A stretch of DNA of 64,000 nt from positions 5,184,001-5,248,000 of the forward strand of contig OY969763.1 in NCBI GenBank assembly GCA_963702845.1, in the 5' to 3' direction. Shown here one piece after another: positions 1 through 11,029 of the stretch. Within the stretch, counting starts at the first letter, position 1. Each line of letters begins with the position of its first letter. Source of the DNA: an uncultured Verrucomicrobiae bacterium. Lineage in GTDB: Bacteria > Verrucomicrobiota > Verrucomicrobiia > Limisphaerales > Palsa-1400. The notes beneath the pieces are model-generated. The model did not search any database. It was not told the origin of the DNA and saw nothing but the letters and a program-made list of their open reading frames with translations. The translations under genes and the position numbers were made by a program.

Positions 1-993
1 CAAATCCAGATCGTCTCGCCAGGGGTAACGTCATTGAATCCGGTCTCGAACCCGGTGGACCGACCGCGACGGTTCTCGTCCGCAAAGGAACGTTGCGCGT
101 CGGCGATGTCGTTATTTCCGGCAGTATCTAGGGTAAGGTCCGCGCATTCATTAGCGAAGAAGGCAAGCGTCAGAAAGAAGCGGGTCCTTCCGTGGCGGTG
201 AAAGTTCTCGGATTGAATGGCGTGCCGGAAGCCGGTGTGGAATTCAGCGTCATGGAAGATGAAAAGGCCGCGCGTGAGATGGGCCAACAATCGCGCCGAA
301 GAAGCGCGCCGTGCCTGTCCAACCAGGAACGCACCGCAGTCACGCTCGAAAATATTTTTGAAACACTCGATTCGGCTTCAGGCCAAATCGCTGAAGGTCA
401 TCGTCAAGGCCGACACGCAAGGCTCAGTTGAAGCGATTGTCGAAGCTTTGAAGAAAATCGAAGCGACCGAAGTCGCGCTGGAAATTATTCACAGCGCGGT
501 GGGCACGATTACGGAATCAGACGTTCTGCTCGCGTCGGCGTCACATGGTATTATTCTTGGTTTCCACACGCGCATCGATGTCGGCGTCGCTGACCTCGCG
601 AAGCGCGAAGGTGTGCAGATCAAACTTTACTCGATCATTTATGAATTGATCGACGAGGTGAAGAGCGCGATGGTGGGCTTGCTCGAACCGGTCATCAGAG
701 AAACGGTCATTGGCTCAGCTGAAGTGCGTAAAGTTTTCGCGTTGAGCAAAGGCGGCAACATTGCTGGTTGCATGGTTGCTGGCGGTCGCATCGTGAAAGG
801 CAAAGCCCGCGTCATGCGCCGCAAAAGTCTGGTTTATGAAGGCATCATCCAGTCATTGCGTCGCTTCCAGGACGAAGTCAACGAAGTGCGCGCCGGCATG
901 GAATGCGGTATCCGCATCGATGGCTTTGGTGATTATCAACCCGGTGACGTGATCGAGTCTTACACCATCGAAAAAGTCGCGCCCAAGGTGTAA
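1..993 (+). CDS. infB: Translation initiation factor IF-2, C-terminal part (5'-truncated; apparent sequencing errors)
   Basis: Reads ...[28 protein letters not shown]...GKVRA...EAGPSVAV... then [16 protein letters not shown]...[19 protein letters not shown]. In-frame TAG at 129-131 and frame changes around 285-390. Followed by rbfA as in the conserved operon. Confidence 0.95.
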
Positions 994-1010
994 GTTATTC
1001 TGAGGTAGTT

Positions 1011-1370
1011 ATGTCGATGCGATTGGAACGGGTTCGGGAATTGTTGAAACGGGAGCTTGGCGAAATTATCCGCCGCGAATTGCCAGTCGCCGACGCGGGA
1101 CTGATCAGCGTCAACGATGTGATCGTCGCCAGCGACCTCCATACCGCGACTGTGTTCGTCGGCATTTTTGGCAATGCGCAAACGCAAAAGCGCGGGATCG
1201 AGTTGCTTGAACAAAATCGCAAACGCATCCAAAGCATGGTCGCCAATGCCGTCATTTTGAAATACACGCCACAACTCCGTTTTGTGCTCGATGACTCAAT
1301 TGAGCGTGGCAACCGCGTTATGCAGATATTGGACGAACTCGAACAGAAAGAAGATTCGTCCCACTCATGA
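1011..1370 (+). CDS. rbfA: 30S ribosome-binding factor A
   Basis: RLERVRELLKRELGEII...DLHTATVFV...LKYTPQLRFVLDDSIERG; directly after infB. Confidence 0.95.
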   Translation: MSMRLERVRELLKRELGEIIRRELPVADAGLISVNDVIVASDLHTATVFVGIFGNAQTQKRGIELLEQNRKRIQSMVANAVILKYTPQLRFVLDDSIERGNRVMQILDELEQKEDSSHS

Positions 1371-2353
1371 AGGCCCAACCTCCGCAGATTCTCGAAAAGA
1401 TCATCGAACAAATTAAAGAAAGCCGCCGCCTTTGTGTCGTCGGTCATGTCCGGCCCGACGGCGATTGTATCGGCTCGCAGTTGGCCGTGACTCTGGCCCT
1501 GCGCGCGCTCGGCAAGAATGTTGTTTGCTGGAACCAGGACCCTGTTCCCGATAAATACGCTTTCCTTGATCCAGATAAGCTGGTCCAGGCTCCGCGACGC
1601 GGACAACAGTTCGATACGGTGATCGCAACGGATTGCGCGAGCTACGAACGGCTTGGTAAAACCGGCAAGGCGATTACGCAACGGAAGTTGCTCATCAACA
1701 TCGACCATCATTTGAGCAACACGCGTTACGGGGATATGAACTGGATTTCGGCGCGTGAAGCTTCCAGCGGTGAATTGATTTATCGGTTGCTGAAGGTTGC
1801 GGGTTGGAAAATTACGCCGCAGATCGCTGACTGTTTGTTTACGGCAGTTTCAACCGACACCGGTTCCTTCCAATATTCGACGACGAAGCCGGTGACCTAT
1901 CACACGGCCGGTGAGCTGGTGAAGCTCGGCGCGAATCTTGAACTGATTTGCGACGAGGTTTATCAGTCGTATCCCTTGTCGCGCGTGCGTTTGCTCAAGC
2001 ACGTTTACAATAACTTTCGCCTGACGGATGAAAATCAGATCGCTTATCTCTGGTTGAAACAAAAGGATTTCGCGCGCACGGGCGCCGATCGCAGCGACAC
2101 GGAAGGCTTGATCGATCATATCCGCGCGATTGCGCCGGTGGTCGTGGCCATTGTGTTTGAAGAGATCGAGCCGAACGTGACGCGCATCAGCCTGCGTTCG
2201 AAAGATACGAAGATCAACGTGAACGAGATCGCTGCTATCTTCGGTGGTGGTGGTCACTCCGCTGCTGCGGGCGCGCGCATTGTTGGTTCGTCGCTTTCCA
2301 CACAACGCCGCGTGATTGCGGCGGTGAAGAAGGCTTTGGACGCGAAGCGCTAG
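1367..2353 (+). CDS. nrnA: DHH/DHHA1 bifunctional oligoribonuclease / pAp phosphatase
   Basis: GHVRPDGDCIGS, NIDHH, TDTGSF and GGGGHSAAAG motifs; typical position after rbfA. Confidence 0.9.
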   Translation: MKAQPPQILEKIIEQIKESRRLCVVGHVRPDGDCIGSQLAVTLALRALGKNVVCWNQDPVPDKYAFLDPDKLVQAPRRGQQFDTVIATDCASYERLGKTGKAITQRKLLINIDHHLSNTRYGDMNWISAREASSGELIYRLLKVAGWKITPQIADCLFTAVSTDTGSFQYSTTKPVTYHTAGELVKLGANLELICDEVYQSYPLSRVRLLKHVYNNFRLTDENQIAYLWLKQKDFARTGADRSDTEGLIDHIRAIAPVVVAIVFEEIEPNVTRISLRSKDTKINVNEIAAIFGGGGHSAAAGARIVGSSLSTQRRVIAAVKKALDAKR

Positions 2354-3327
2354 AACAGCGCAATCAGTCCGATCGCGATTGCGATTATCCAAATCAGCAA
2401 CACGGCTGATTTTGGCGTGAGACCTCGGCGCACTAAGCGGTGTGAGAGGTGGTTGTTGTCCCCGATGTAAAATGGCTTGCCCGCACGCCAGCGGATTAGC
2501 ACTACCCAGCACAAATCGCCAAGCGGAACAGCCAAAACCAGTAATGGTTTGAACACGGCCCAGGTTTGCGGATGTTTGGCGGTGTAGAAGTGCGGCAGGA
2601 TGGCGAGGACGGCGAGCAGGAATCCGATCAAGTGGCTGCCGGCGTCGCCAAGGAAGACGGTCGCGCGGGGATAGTTGAAGGGCAAGAAACCAACCAATGC
2701 GCCCGCGCCGACGAAAGCAATCGTGGCGACAAGATACTGCCCCGACTTCGCTGCGATGAGTGCGAAAAACATCGCGGTGACGGCTCCGAGGCCTGCGCAG
2801 AGGCCGTTCATGTTGTCCATGAAGTTGAAGGCGTTCACCAAGGTGAGAATCCAGAGAATGGTGATGGCGTAACTAAAGAGGACGTTCGGCACGAACAACG
2901 TGATACGCACGCCACAGGCTGCGACGAATAACGCAACGAGAAGTTGGCCGCCGAATTTTGTCGCGGGCGGAAGTTCCATCCAGTCGTCCGCCAGACCGAG
3001 TAACAACATTCCGAGTGCTCCGCTGAAAATGCCGAGCAGTTGAACGGCGCGACGATTCAGGCCGTATTCGAAGAGGCTGACCGTGTCAGAATGATGCACC
3101 GCGAGTCCGACAACGATTCCCACCAGCAACGGAACTAATATGCCTGTGAACACGGCGAGGCCGCCTGCCAATGGAATGGGAGTGGCGTGGATCTTCCGGT
3201 GACCGGGATCATCAACCAGACCGAATCGCACACAACGGCGACGCCACAGTGGCATCGACAGAGCGGTAACAATCGTAGCGCCCATGGCGGCGATGAGATA
3301 AACGTTGATTGGAAATGGGATGGTCAC
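2350..3327 (-). CDS. MraY/WecA(TagO)-family polyprenyl-phosphate sugar-1-phosphate transferase
   Basis: DDPGHRKIH..PIPLAGGLA, GLADD, NAFNFMDNMNGL, FLGDAGS and HLSHRL motifs; many TM segments. Confidence 0.9.
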   Translation of the reverse strand: MTIPFPINVYLIAAMGATIVTALSMPLWRRRCVRFGLVDDPGHRKIHATPIPLAGGLAVFTGILVPLLVGIVVGLAVHHSDTVSLFEYGLNRRAVQLLGIFSGALGMLLLGLADDWMELPPATKFGGQLLVALFVAACGVRITLFVPNVLFSYAITILWILTLVNAFNFMDNMNGLCAGLGAVTAMFFALIAAKSGQYLVATIAFVGAGALVGFLPFNYPRATVFLGDAGSHLIGFLLAVLAILPHFYTAKHPQTWAVFKPLLVLAVPLGDLCWVVLIRWRAGKPFYIGDNNHLSHRLVRRGLTPKSAVLLIWIIAIAIGLIALF

Positions 3328-4481
3328 TGTTTTTTTGCCGACGAGAGTCGAACGTATAAATCGGCGATCTGTTTTACCATGTGTTCGACGGAAAAGTTTG
3401 CGGCAACGAATCGTTGGCCGCGAGTCCCGAAACGGTGGCGTAGCTGCGAATCATTGGCGAGTTGCACGAGGCGATTGGTCAACGTGGCCAAGTCGCCGGG
3501 CTTGATGAGGAAACCGGTTTCGTTGTCGATGCAGACTTCACGTGCGCCATCGCAATCGTAGGCGATTATAGGGCGCGCGGCGGCTAACGCTTGCGGCAAG
3601 GCGCGCGGCAAACCTTCGCGGCGCGATAGATGCACGAGCGCGTCCATGATGCCGACGTAACGCGGGATTTCGGCTGGAGGCACGAGGCCAGTGAAAATCA
3701 CGCGGTCAGCAAGTCCCAGAGCACCTGCCTTGGCTTGAAGACGTTCGCGCCACGCGCCGTCGCCGACGAACATGAGTTTGATGTTCGGGCAGCGCTTTAC
3801 CAATTCGGGACCGACATCGAGTAGATCGTCGTGGCCTTTGAGGGTGAACAGACGCGCGATTTTGCCGAGGACAAAGTCGGTTGGCTTAATTCCCAAACGG
3901 CTGCGCAAGCCTTCATCGGGTTTTGTATTGAGAAACGGTTCGAGAGGGAAGCCGCTGAAAATGCGGGTGTATTGCTCGCGGGTTCCGATGTCGGCCGCGA
4001 GATATTGTTCGGTCATCGCGTTGGCGACGGTGATGAAGTGGGTCGTGTGTCGCGCCGCAGATTTCTCGGCGGCTTTGAAAACAGCGTTTGCGACTGGTCC
4101 CTGGAAATCACCGAAGGACGGGCCATGAATGGTGTGGATGATTATCGGAACACTAGCGCGTTTGGCGGCGAGGCGACCGAGAACGCCGGCTTTGCCGCTG
4201 TGCGTGTGAACGATGTCTGGTTTGGTGCGCCGGAAAATTTTGGTGAGTTGAGCGCGCGCGATAAAGTCCTGCAACGGATGAACGGGGCGCACGAGAGACG
4301 GGACGATGTGCAGAAGGTTGGGCTGATTTTCGAAAGCGCTTTCGAGGGAGCCTTCGGGGCCAGTCGTTGGGCCGCTGATCAAATCGACGTCCGCGAATTT
4401 CGTTAGGCCAAGAACGGTCGCGATGGTGTTCTCCTGCGCGCCGCCGACGATCAATCGGGTGATGACATGCGTGACGCGCAT
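3324..4481 (-). CDS. Glycosyltransferase family 4 (GT-B)
   Basis: GGAQEN, PDIVHTHSGKAG, EGLPRALPQA. Confidence 0.9.
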   Translation of the reverse strand: MRVTHVITRLIVGGAQENTIATVLGLTKFADVDLISGPTTGPEGSLESAFENQPNLLHIVPSLVRPVHPLQDFIARAQLTKIFRRTKPDIVHTHSGKAGVLGRLAAKRASVPIIIHTIHGPSFGDFQGPVANAVFKAAEKSAARHTTHFITVANAMTEQYLAADIGTREQYTRIFSGFPLEPFLNTKPDEGLRSRLGIKPTDFVLGKIARLFTLKGHDDLLDVGPELVKRCPNIKLMFVGDGAWRERLQAKAGALGLADRVIFTGLVPPAEIPRYVGIMDALVHLSRREGLPRALPQALAAARPIIAYDCDGAREVCIDNETGFLIKPGDLATLTNRLVQLANDSQLRHRFGTRGQRFVAANFSVEHMVKQIADLYVRLSSAKKQ

Positions 4482-4489
4482 TGTCCCGC

Positions 4490-7406
4490 TTAGGCGCCAC
4501 GCTCCAATTTTTGGAGGCGTTCGCGGACCTGCTTGGCTTCGTCGGAATTTTCCGGCGCGTATTTCAAATACTTTTTGAAACTGCGGATGGCACCGGAACG
4601 GTCATTGGTCTTGGAAGCGATTTCGCCCAAGCCGTAATAAACGGCGTAGCTGGGAGTCGGCAGAATTTTTTCCAGTTCTTTGTAATCGCTTTTCGCTGCG
4701 TCGTATTTTCCTGACTGCAACTTGGCGATAGCGCGATTCATCAGCGCGCGCGGGTTGTCGGATTGAAGCTGGATTGCTTTATCGAGGCTGGCGATAGCGG
4801 CGTCGTATGCGCCGAGCTGGATCTGGATTTCCGCTTTGCGCATCAACACGTCGGACGTGTCAGATTCGCTGGTGCGCGCGCGATCGGGCGCGGCGAGCCA
4901 GCGCAGTTGTTGATCGAACACAGCCATTGCATTGTTGAATTGGGTTTTGGCGTCTGTCGCGCGACCGGCACGCAGGTCGTTGTAGCCACGAACGCGGTAA
5001 AATTCGGCCAACATGCCCAATCGACTGCCGGTGCCGTTGTCGTTTTTGGCAGCGGCGGTTTTGAGCAAATCTTCCGCGCGCGCGTAGTCCTGCTTCGCCA
5101 TGTAGGCGAGGGCTTCGACGCGGGTGAGTTCATCGGCACGAGCACCGGTGGCGTGGGTCCGAGCCTCTTGCACCAGCTTTAACGCGTCATCTGCAACGTC
5201 CATGTCCACATACGTCTTGGCCAGGGCGACTTGCGTGTCGATGTCATGCGGACGAATGGCGAGCACCCGAAGAAACAGTTCGGCTGCCTGGCGCAGGTAA
5301 CCGCCGCTGGCAATCAGTTGGCCGAATTGCAAAGCGAGGTCAGGGTCGTCGGTCGGGCCATGGACCGTCAACAACCCTTGCCAGCCGTAGCGTTTGGATT
5401 CGTCGGAAAAATCTTCGCCAGTTTCAATCGACTTCGTCATGCCCGCGCGCAGGTTGGCATTGAAGTCCTGATTGATTCGCGCCATGATATTTTTTGGATT
5501 CATGTTCAGCGCGTAACTGAAAGCGGTGTGCGCTTCGTTGAGATGTTTCTGGCGTTCCAGAATAACCCCGAGGTAATTCGCGGCGCGCGACGTTTGTGCT
5601 GCGATGACGGAAGCGTCCTGGCTGTATTTAGCCAATCGCGGCAAGTTCGCCAGCGAGCTCCCGGCGATTTGATTCCATGCCTTTAAATTCGCGGCCACTT
5701 CAGCGTCGGTGAGCGTCGGCGGTAACAATGCGTGCGGCTCGAGAGCGACTAATTCTAAGACGAGGCCAGCGGGCTTGGCGTAGAAACGTTCGAAAAACGT
5801 GCCGAAGCTCGGCTCGAGGTAATAGATCGGTTTGCGGCAACGCTTGCAGAATTTGGATTTCGCCAAACGGACGGTAGACCTTCGGGATGGCTTTCGGATC
5901 GCGAATGATTTGGTTGAACTGCGGATAATGCGAAGCGAGATAGCGCACGTAATCGCCTACGGCTAGCGATCCGGTTTCTACGAAAACCGGGCCGGCGGAA
6001 TTATTGACCATGTGCCAACCGGCTTGCGCGAGCTGCAAGCGGCCGGCGTCGTCACCGAGAACAACCGCAGTATTCGCGGGCAGCGATTTCGCGGTGGTGG
6101 TCGCGAAGTCTTTGGCGACCGGAGCGCGCTCAGCCTGAATGTGTCGCCAATTGCCTTCGCGCAATTTGTAGGGCAGACCGAAAAGCAATCCAATCGACAG
6201 CGCGACCAAAGCGACCCAGGGCAGCGCGAAAATCAGGAGCTTCAATCCGCGTAGCGCGCCAGGGGTGTGTTCGCGCACTTTTGCGGGCGCTTGGCCAAAC
6301 ACGAGCAGGATGTAACCGGCGAAATATCCGACGCTCAACGCTGCCAAATAATAAAACGTCAGCATGCTGCTGAACGGGGCGAGTTGGCGCGGGCTGTATT
6401 TGAAATCGAAAAAGAACACGACCGCGAACCCAAAGAAGACAATGTGCACCAACCGAAACATGAGATTGGTGAACATGATTCCCGCCGCGCTGACTTCACC
6501 GTGGAACGATGGCCAACGGATGCCGACGAAGATCAAGGCCAGAACAGTCGGGATGGATAGAACAATGGCCGGAGAACGCGGCAAACCGAGCACGGCGTTT
6601 TTTTGTTGTGACCAATGCGCGTGCAATTGCGACCAGAACGTGCCGCCCGCGTAGGCGCTACTCGCGATCCACGCCATAATTAAATAGGGCAGCATGCCGA
6701 GCAGACCAAATGCAACGCTGCGGCCTAGAAAACGAAGGTTGAAGAAACTGACGCCTTTAATCCAAATCAGGGCGACGAGGAAAAACGGAAAGAAGCCGAT
6801 GAGCGCCCAGTTGTTTGTCATGCCCAGACCGTAAATGAATACAAATTTCGTGATCCACGAATCGTTTTGCGAGACGCGGTATTCGAGCAGACAGCGGATG
6901 AGATAGGCGAAGATGAGCAGGTCGAGCATTTCGCTCGTGGCCATGGTGGCATGTTCCCAGAAGGTCATTTGCAGCCCGAGCGCAAGAACGGCGAGAACCG
7001 GTGGCAACCATGCAAAGCGGTTTGATAACAGCGAGTCTTCACCGCCTTCGCGCTGGCGTTGTTCGCGCGTGCGATCGTGCGGCAGAAGGCAAATGGAACG
7101 AACCAACGTGGCCAGAGTCAGTGCGCCGAAAACGGCCGAGAGCAGGTTGAGCGCGATGGGCTGAGCGCTTTGCGGCAATAACCGAAACGGGTAGGTAATT
7201 GCGTAATAGAGCGGTGCGATGAATGTCGGTCGCCATGCGAGATGGGTGGGATGCCAATCCCAACCGGTGACCTTCGCGACCCACGGCAAACTAGTGAGGG
7301 TAACCCAGTGATTCAAAGTGACCGCATAGAGCACTAAAGCGAGTCCCGCGACGAGCCAGGGAGAGAGTCTAAGAGTGCGCTTTTTTGACGTTTCTTCAGT
7401 CGTCAT
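4490..7406 (-). CDS. DUF2723/TMEM260-like GT-C membrane glycosyltransferase fused to a C-terminal TPR region (one gene split by a probable 1-nt frameshift near 5835)
   Basis: ORF 5700..7445 is multi-TM (PLYY, FWEHAT..E, YGLGMTNNW). It overlaps ORF 4490..5866, which carries TPR repeats. The reading ...FGEIQILQAL / KPIYYLEPSFG... joins across the overlap. Confidence 0.7.
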
Positions 7407-7517
7407 CCAAGTATCAGGTTGCATTGATGCATTCACGATAAGCAAGCCAATCCGAAGCCAATCCGGTGTGGCCAGAGTTCGACAGGTTTGCGGGACTACC
7501 GTTCAAATTCGCACGGC

Positions 7518-8993
7518 CTACAACGGCTGCTGGCGCAGCGCGGTCTTGAGAATTTTTCCGGTGGCATTACGCGGCAGAGTGGGGAGCACGATAATTTTTT
7601 TGGGTGTTTTGTAATCGGCCAAGCGTTCGCGCAAGTAAGCAAGTATTGCTGAGGAATCGAGTTGGATGCCGTCGTTCGGGGCAACGAAGGCGACGGGTTG
7701 CTCGCCTTTGCGCGAGTCCGGCACGCCGATGACCGCGGCTTCTTTCACGCCGGGAAATTTGTAGAGCACTTCTTCGATCTCGCGCGGGTAAACGTTGATA
7801 CCGTTCACCAGCAGCATGTCCTTCTTGCGATCGGTGATGTAGAAGTAGCCATCGGTGTCGACGTGGCCGATGTCGCCAGTCAGCAGCCAACCGTTGCGGA
7901 TGGCGGCGGCGGTTTCCTGCGGTTGTTTCCAATAGCCTTGCATGACGTTTCCACCGCGCACGCAAACCTCGCCGGTGGTATTTGCGGAAAGGATTTCGCC
8001 GGCTTCGTTTTGGATGGAGACTTCAATGTCGTGAATCGGCACACCAATCGAGCCAGCTTTCCATGGGCCGCGAATGGGATTGAAGGACACGACCGGGCTG
8101 GCTTCGCTCAATCCGTAACCTTCGAGCAAGGGAATCGGGAATTTCGCCGTGAACTCGCGCAAAATTTCGCCAGGCAACGGCGCGCCACCGCTGATGCACA
8201 AGCGCAGCGGCATATCGGGAGGCAGGCCACCGTGCGTGAGCATCCGGAAAAATTGCGGGACGGCCGGGAGAATCGTGGCACGGTGACGGATAATTTCCTG
8301 GACGATATTTTTTGGCGGATGAACGGACTTAATCAGCACGATCGAACCGCCTACGAACAGCGGCAGCAAAATGCCGACGGTCAACATGAAGCTGTGGAAC
8401 ATTGGCAGGAGCACGACGATGCGGTCTTCGCCGACGAGCTCCAGAACCTTGGCGCAACTGTTCACGTTGTGCAGCAAGTTGGAGTGTGCCAGCATCGCGC
8501 CTTTGGGACAGCCGGTGGTGCCGGACGTGTAGATGATGACGGCGAGATCCGAGCCTGTGCGTAAATGTGCGAGTGCTGTTTGGGAATCAACAGTGTTCGG
8601 AATCGTTTCGACATCCAACGAGCGAACCGTCGCGCGCTCACTTTGCACTTTCGTGACGCCCTCTGTCATCGAGCTATCGGTAATGATGACATCGATCGCG
8701 CTGTCGTTGAGGATGTAGACGACTTCGGCTGGTTTAAGAAAATTATTGATCGGCACAGCCACTGCGCCCGCCGCCCAAATTCCGAAAAGCGCTGGAATGA
8801 ATTGCGGACAGTTTTTCAACCAAAGCGCAACGCGATCACCCGGTTTGACGCCAAGTTTCGTGCGCAATTGTTCCGCGATCCAAAGTGATTGCGCGTGGAG
8901 CTGGTTGTAAGAAAACTTTTCATCCCCCCAAAACAACGCCGTCTTCTGCGCGTGCTTTGATGTCATGTCCCGGAACACCTCATCCAAAGTCAT
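7518..8993 (-). CDS. Long-chain fatty acid-CoA ligase (AMP-binding)
   Basis: IIYTSGTTGCPKG, EGYGLSE, GWLLTGDIG, LPRNATGKI; start chosen at ATG 8993. Confidence 0.9.
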   Translation of the reverse strand: MTLDEVFRDMTSKHAQKTALFWGDEKFSYNQLHAQSLWIAEQLRTKLGVKPGDRVALWLKNCPQFIPALFGIWAAGAVAVPINNFLKPAEVVYILNDSAIDVIITDSSMTEGVTKVQSERATVRSLDVETIPNTVDSQTALAHLRTGSDLAVIIYTSGTTGCPKGAMLAHSNLLHNVNSCAKVLELVGEDRIVVLLPMFHSFMLTVGILLPLFVGGSIVLIKSVHPPKNIVQEIIRHRATILPAVPQFFRMLTHGGLPPDMPLRLCISGGAPLPGEILREFTAKFPIPLLEGYGLSEASPVVSFNPIRGPWKAGSIGVPIHDIEVSIQNEAGEILSANTTGEVCVRGGNVMQGYWKQPQETAAAIRNGWLLTGDIGHVDTDGYFYITDRKKDMLLVNGINVYPREIEEVLYKFPGVKEAAVIGVPDSRKGEQPVAFVAPNDGIQLDSSAILAYLRERLADYKTPKKIIVLPTLPRNATGKILKTALRQQPL

Positions 8994-9129
8994 CGCAGTA
9001 AGATAGCGATTTTGACTGAAACGAAAAGCGCCGTTTGAGTAGAACAAGCGCCTCGCGGAAAATCGTTCCGCCCAGGCGTGCTTATTTTCTTGCGCCAACA
9101 TGCGCTTCCTTACTCAATGCTTTGAAGCT

Positions 9130-10446
9130 ATGAACCGGAAAACATTTCTCGCCCTGCTTTTCTGTGCCCTTATTCAGCACCCAGCGGTGTTTGCCGAGAA
9201 CTGGCCGCAATGGCGCGGGCCATCTTTGAACGGTTCGACCATCGAGAAAAACCTGCCGGATAAATGGACCACTACCGAGAACGTTTTGTGGACAGCTCCC
9301 ATGCCCGGACCGAGCCACGCGACGCCGGCCGTGTGGGGTGACTCCGTTTTCGCTACGAGCCCCGACGAAAATAAAAACCTTGTGGCATTTTGCATCGATC
9401 GCAAAACCGGCAAAGTGCGTTGGAAAAAGGATGTCGGCACCGGCGACAAAACAATCGGCCGCAATAACATGTCCACACCATCTCCCGTGACCGATGGCAA
9501 AACCGTGTTCTTCATGTTCGGCACCGGCGAACTCGCCGCGTTTGATTTCAAGGGCAAACAACTTTGGGCGCGGAATATTTGCAAGGAGAGCGGAAAATTT
9601 TCGATCATGTGGCTCTACGGGAGCAGCCCCATGCTTTATAAAAATCACTTATATATTGAGGTGTTGCAGCAAAACCCCGTGCCCTCCGGTTACTCGCACG
9701 TGCTCGATGGCAAGCCTACGCGCGAATCGTTCTTGCTTTGCGTCGATCCGAAAACCGGGAAGGACATTTGGAAACATGTTCGTCCCACGGACGCGTTGGG
9801 TGAATCGCAAGAAGCGTATTCCACTGCCATGCCGAGCGAAGTAAACGGTAAGACCGAAATTGTCATCGTCGGTGGCGATTACGTGACCGGACACGATGCC
9901 AAAGACGGAACCGAACTCTGGCGCGGTGGCGGCTTGAATAATCCGCAGCACCGCCCCGACTCGCGCATGGTCCCCAGCCCGTTGATTGCGAAAGGCCTTG
10001 TCATCGTCAGCGGCCCCAAACGCATGCCGGTGCTTGCATATAAAGACGGCGGTAAAGGCGACATTACGCAAAGCGGTTTGGCGTGGACCTACAAAGATTA
10101 TCCCACCGACTGCGTCACGCCGCTGTTTTATCAGGACAAACTTTTCGTGCTCGACGGCGACAAACAAATGATGACCTGTCTTGAGCCCGACAGCGGCAAA
10201 GTGCTCTGGCAACAAAACCTCGGCGTGCGCCACGTCTTCCGCGCGTCACCGACGGGTGCTGACGGCAAACTCTATTGCTTCAGTGAACACGCGACTGCCG
10301 TGGTGATGGACGCCAAAGACGGCCACGTCATTTCCAAAGCCGCGATGGAACAGGGCGGCGAATCGACCCACGCGACGATTGCGGCGGCGCAAGGTTGCTT
10401 GTTTATTCGTGGCGCGAAGAATCTGTATTGTATCGGAAAGAAATAA
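9130..10446 (+). CDS. Secreted PQQ-binding-like beta-propeller repeat protein (PVC-type)
   Basis: Signal peptide, then ENWPQWRGP; repeated SP...G...W blades. Confidence 0.85.
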   Translation: MNRKTFLALLFCALIQHPAVFAENWPQWRGPSLNGSTIEKNLPDKWTTTENVLWTAPMPGPSHATPAVWGDSVFATSPDENKNLVAFCIDRKTGKVRWKKDVGTGDKTIGRNNMSTPSPVTDGKTVFFMFGTGELAAFDFKGKQLWARNICKESGKFSIMWLYGSSPMLYKNHLYIEVLQQNPVPSGYSHVLDGKPTRESFLLCVDPKTGKDIWKHVRPTDALGESQEAYSTAMPSEVNGKTEIVIVGGDYVTGHDAKDGTELWRGGGLNNPQHRPDSRMVPSPLIAKGLVIVSGPKRMPVLAYKDGGKGDITQSGLAWTYKDYPTDCVTPLFYQDKLFVLDGDKQMMTCLEPDSGKVLWQQNLGVRHVFRASPTGADGKLYCFSEHATAVVMDAKDGHVISKAAMEQGGESTHATIAAAQGCLFIRGAKNLYCIGKK

Positions 10447-10964
10447 TGGCCTTACCTTACAAAATCGCCACGTTGCTATATTGCTTCAATGATCGCGATG
10501 ACGTTTTGCTACTCCATCGCGCGCAGAATCCGAACAAAGATTTGTGGAGCCCGTGTGGCGGCAAGTTGCACACTGAAGAAGGCGAATCGCCCCACGCCTG
10601 CGCCTGTCGCGAGGCCGAAGAAGAAATGGGCCTCAAACTACAGCCACGCGACCTGCACCTGACCGGCATCATCACTGAGCAAGCCTACGAAAACGAATCG
10701 CATTGGTTGCTGTTCCTCTACGAAGTGAAGCCACGCCTGCGCGAAGTCCCACCGCCAATTCGCGAAGGGAAATTTGCGTTCATCCCGATTAACCAGCTTT
10801 CGAAAATTCCGCTGCCGCAAACCGACATCGAACAAATATGGCCGTTGTTCTGGCGTCATCGCGGTGGTTTCTTTGCCGCACATTGTCGCCGTCTGGCCAA
10901 CGGTCAAAACGAGTGGACCATCGAAGAAGAAGAAGATTCTCCACCGCGCCGTTTGATGGATTGA
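10446..10964 (+). CDS. NUDIX hydrolase (MutT-like)
   Basis: Nudix box GGKLHTEEGESPHACACREAEEEMG; TAATG coupling to the upstream gene. Confidence 0.85.
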   Translation: MALPYKIATLLYCFNDRDDVLLLHRAQNPNKDLWSPCGGKLHTEEGESPHACACREAEEEMGLKLQPRDLHLTGIITEQAYENESHWLLFLYEVKPRLREVPPPIREGKFAFIPINQLSKIPLPQTDIEQIWPLFWRHRGGFFAAHCRRLANGQNEWTIEEEEDSPPRRLMD

Positions 10965-10988
10965 GAAATCCGTTTCGAATTTTAATTT

Positions 10989-11017
10989 ATCTGTGTCCAT
11001 CTGTGTCCAACTGTGGT
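10989..11017. repeat. Short tandem repeat (ATCTGTGTCC)x2-AACTGTGG
   Basis: atctgtgtcc atctgtgtcc aactgtggt in the intergenic space. Confidence 0.6.
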
Positions 11018-11029
11018 TGATTCTTTAGG

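Noticed and set aside
120..400. In-frame TAG (129-131) and frameshifts in infB as recoding or a pseudogene
   Set aside because: infB is essential, the lesions cluster at the sequence start, and TAG is used as a normal stop elsewhere in the window; low-quality consensus is far more likely.
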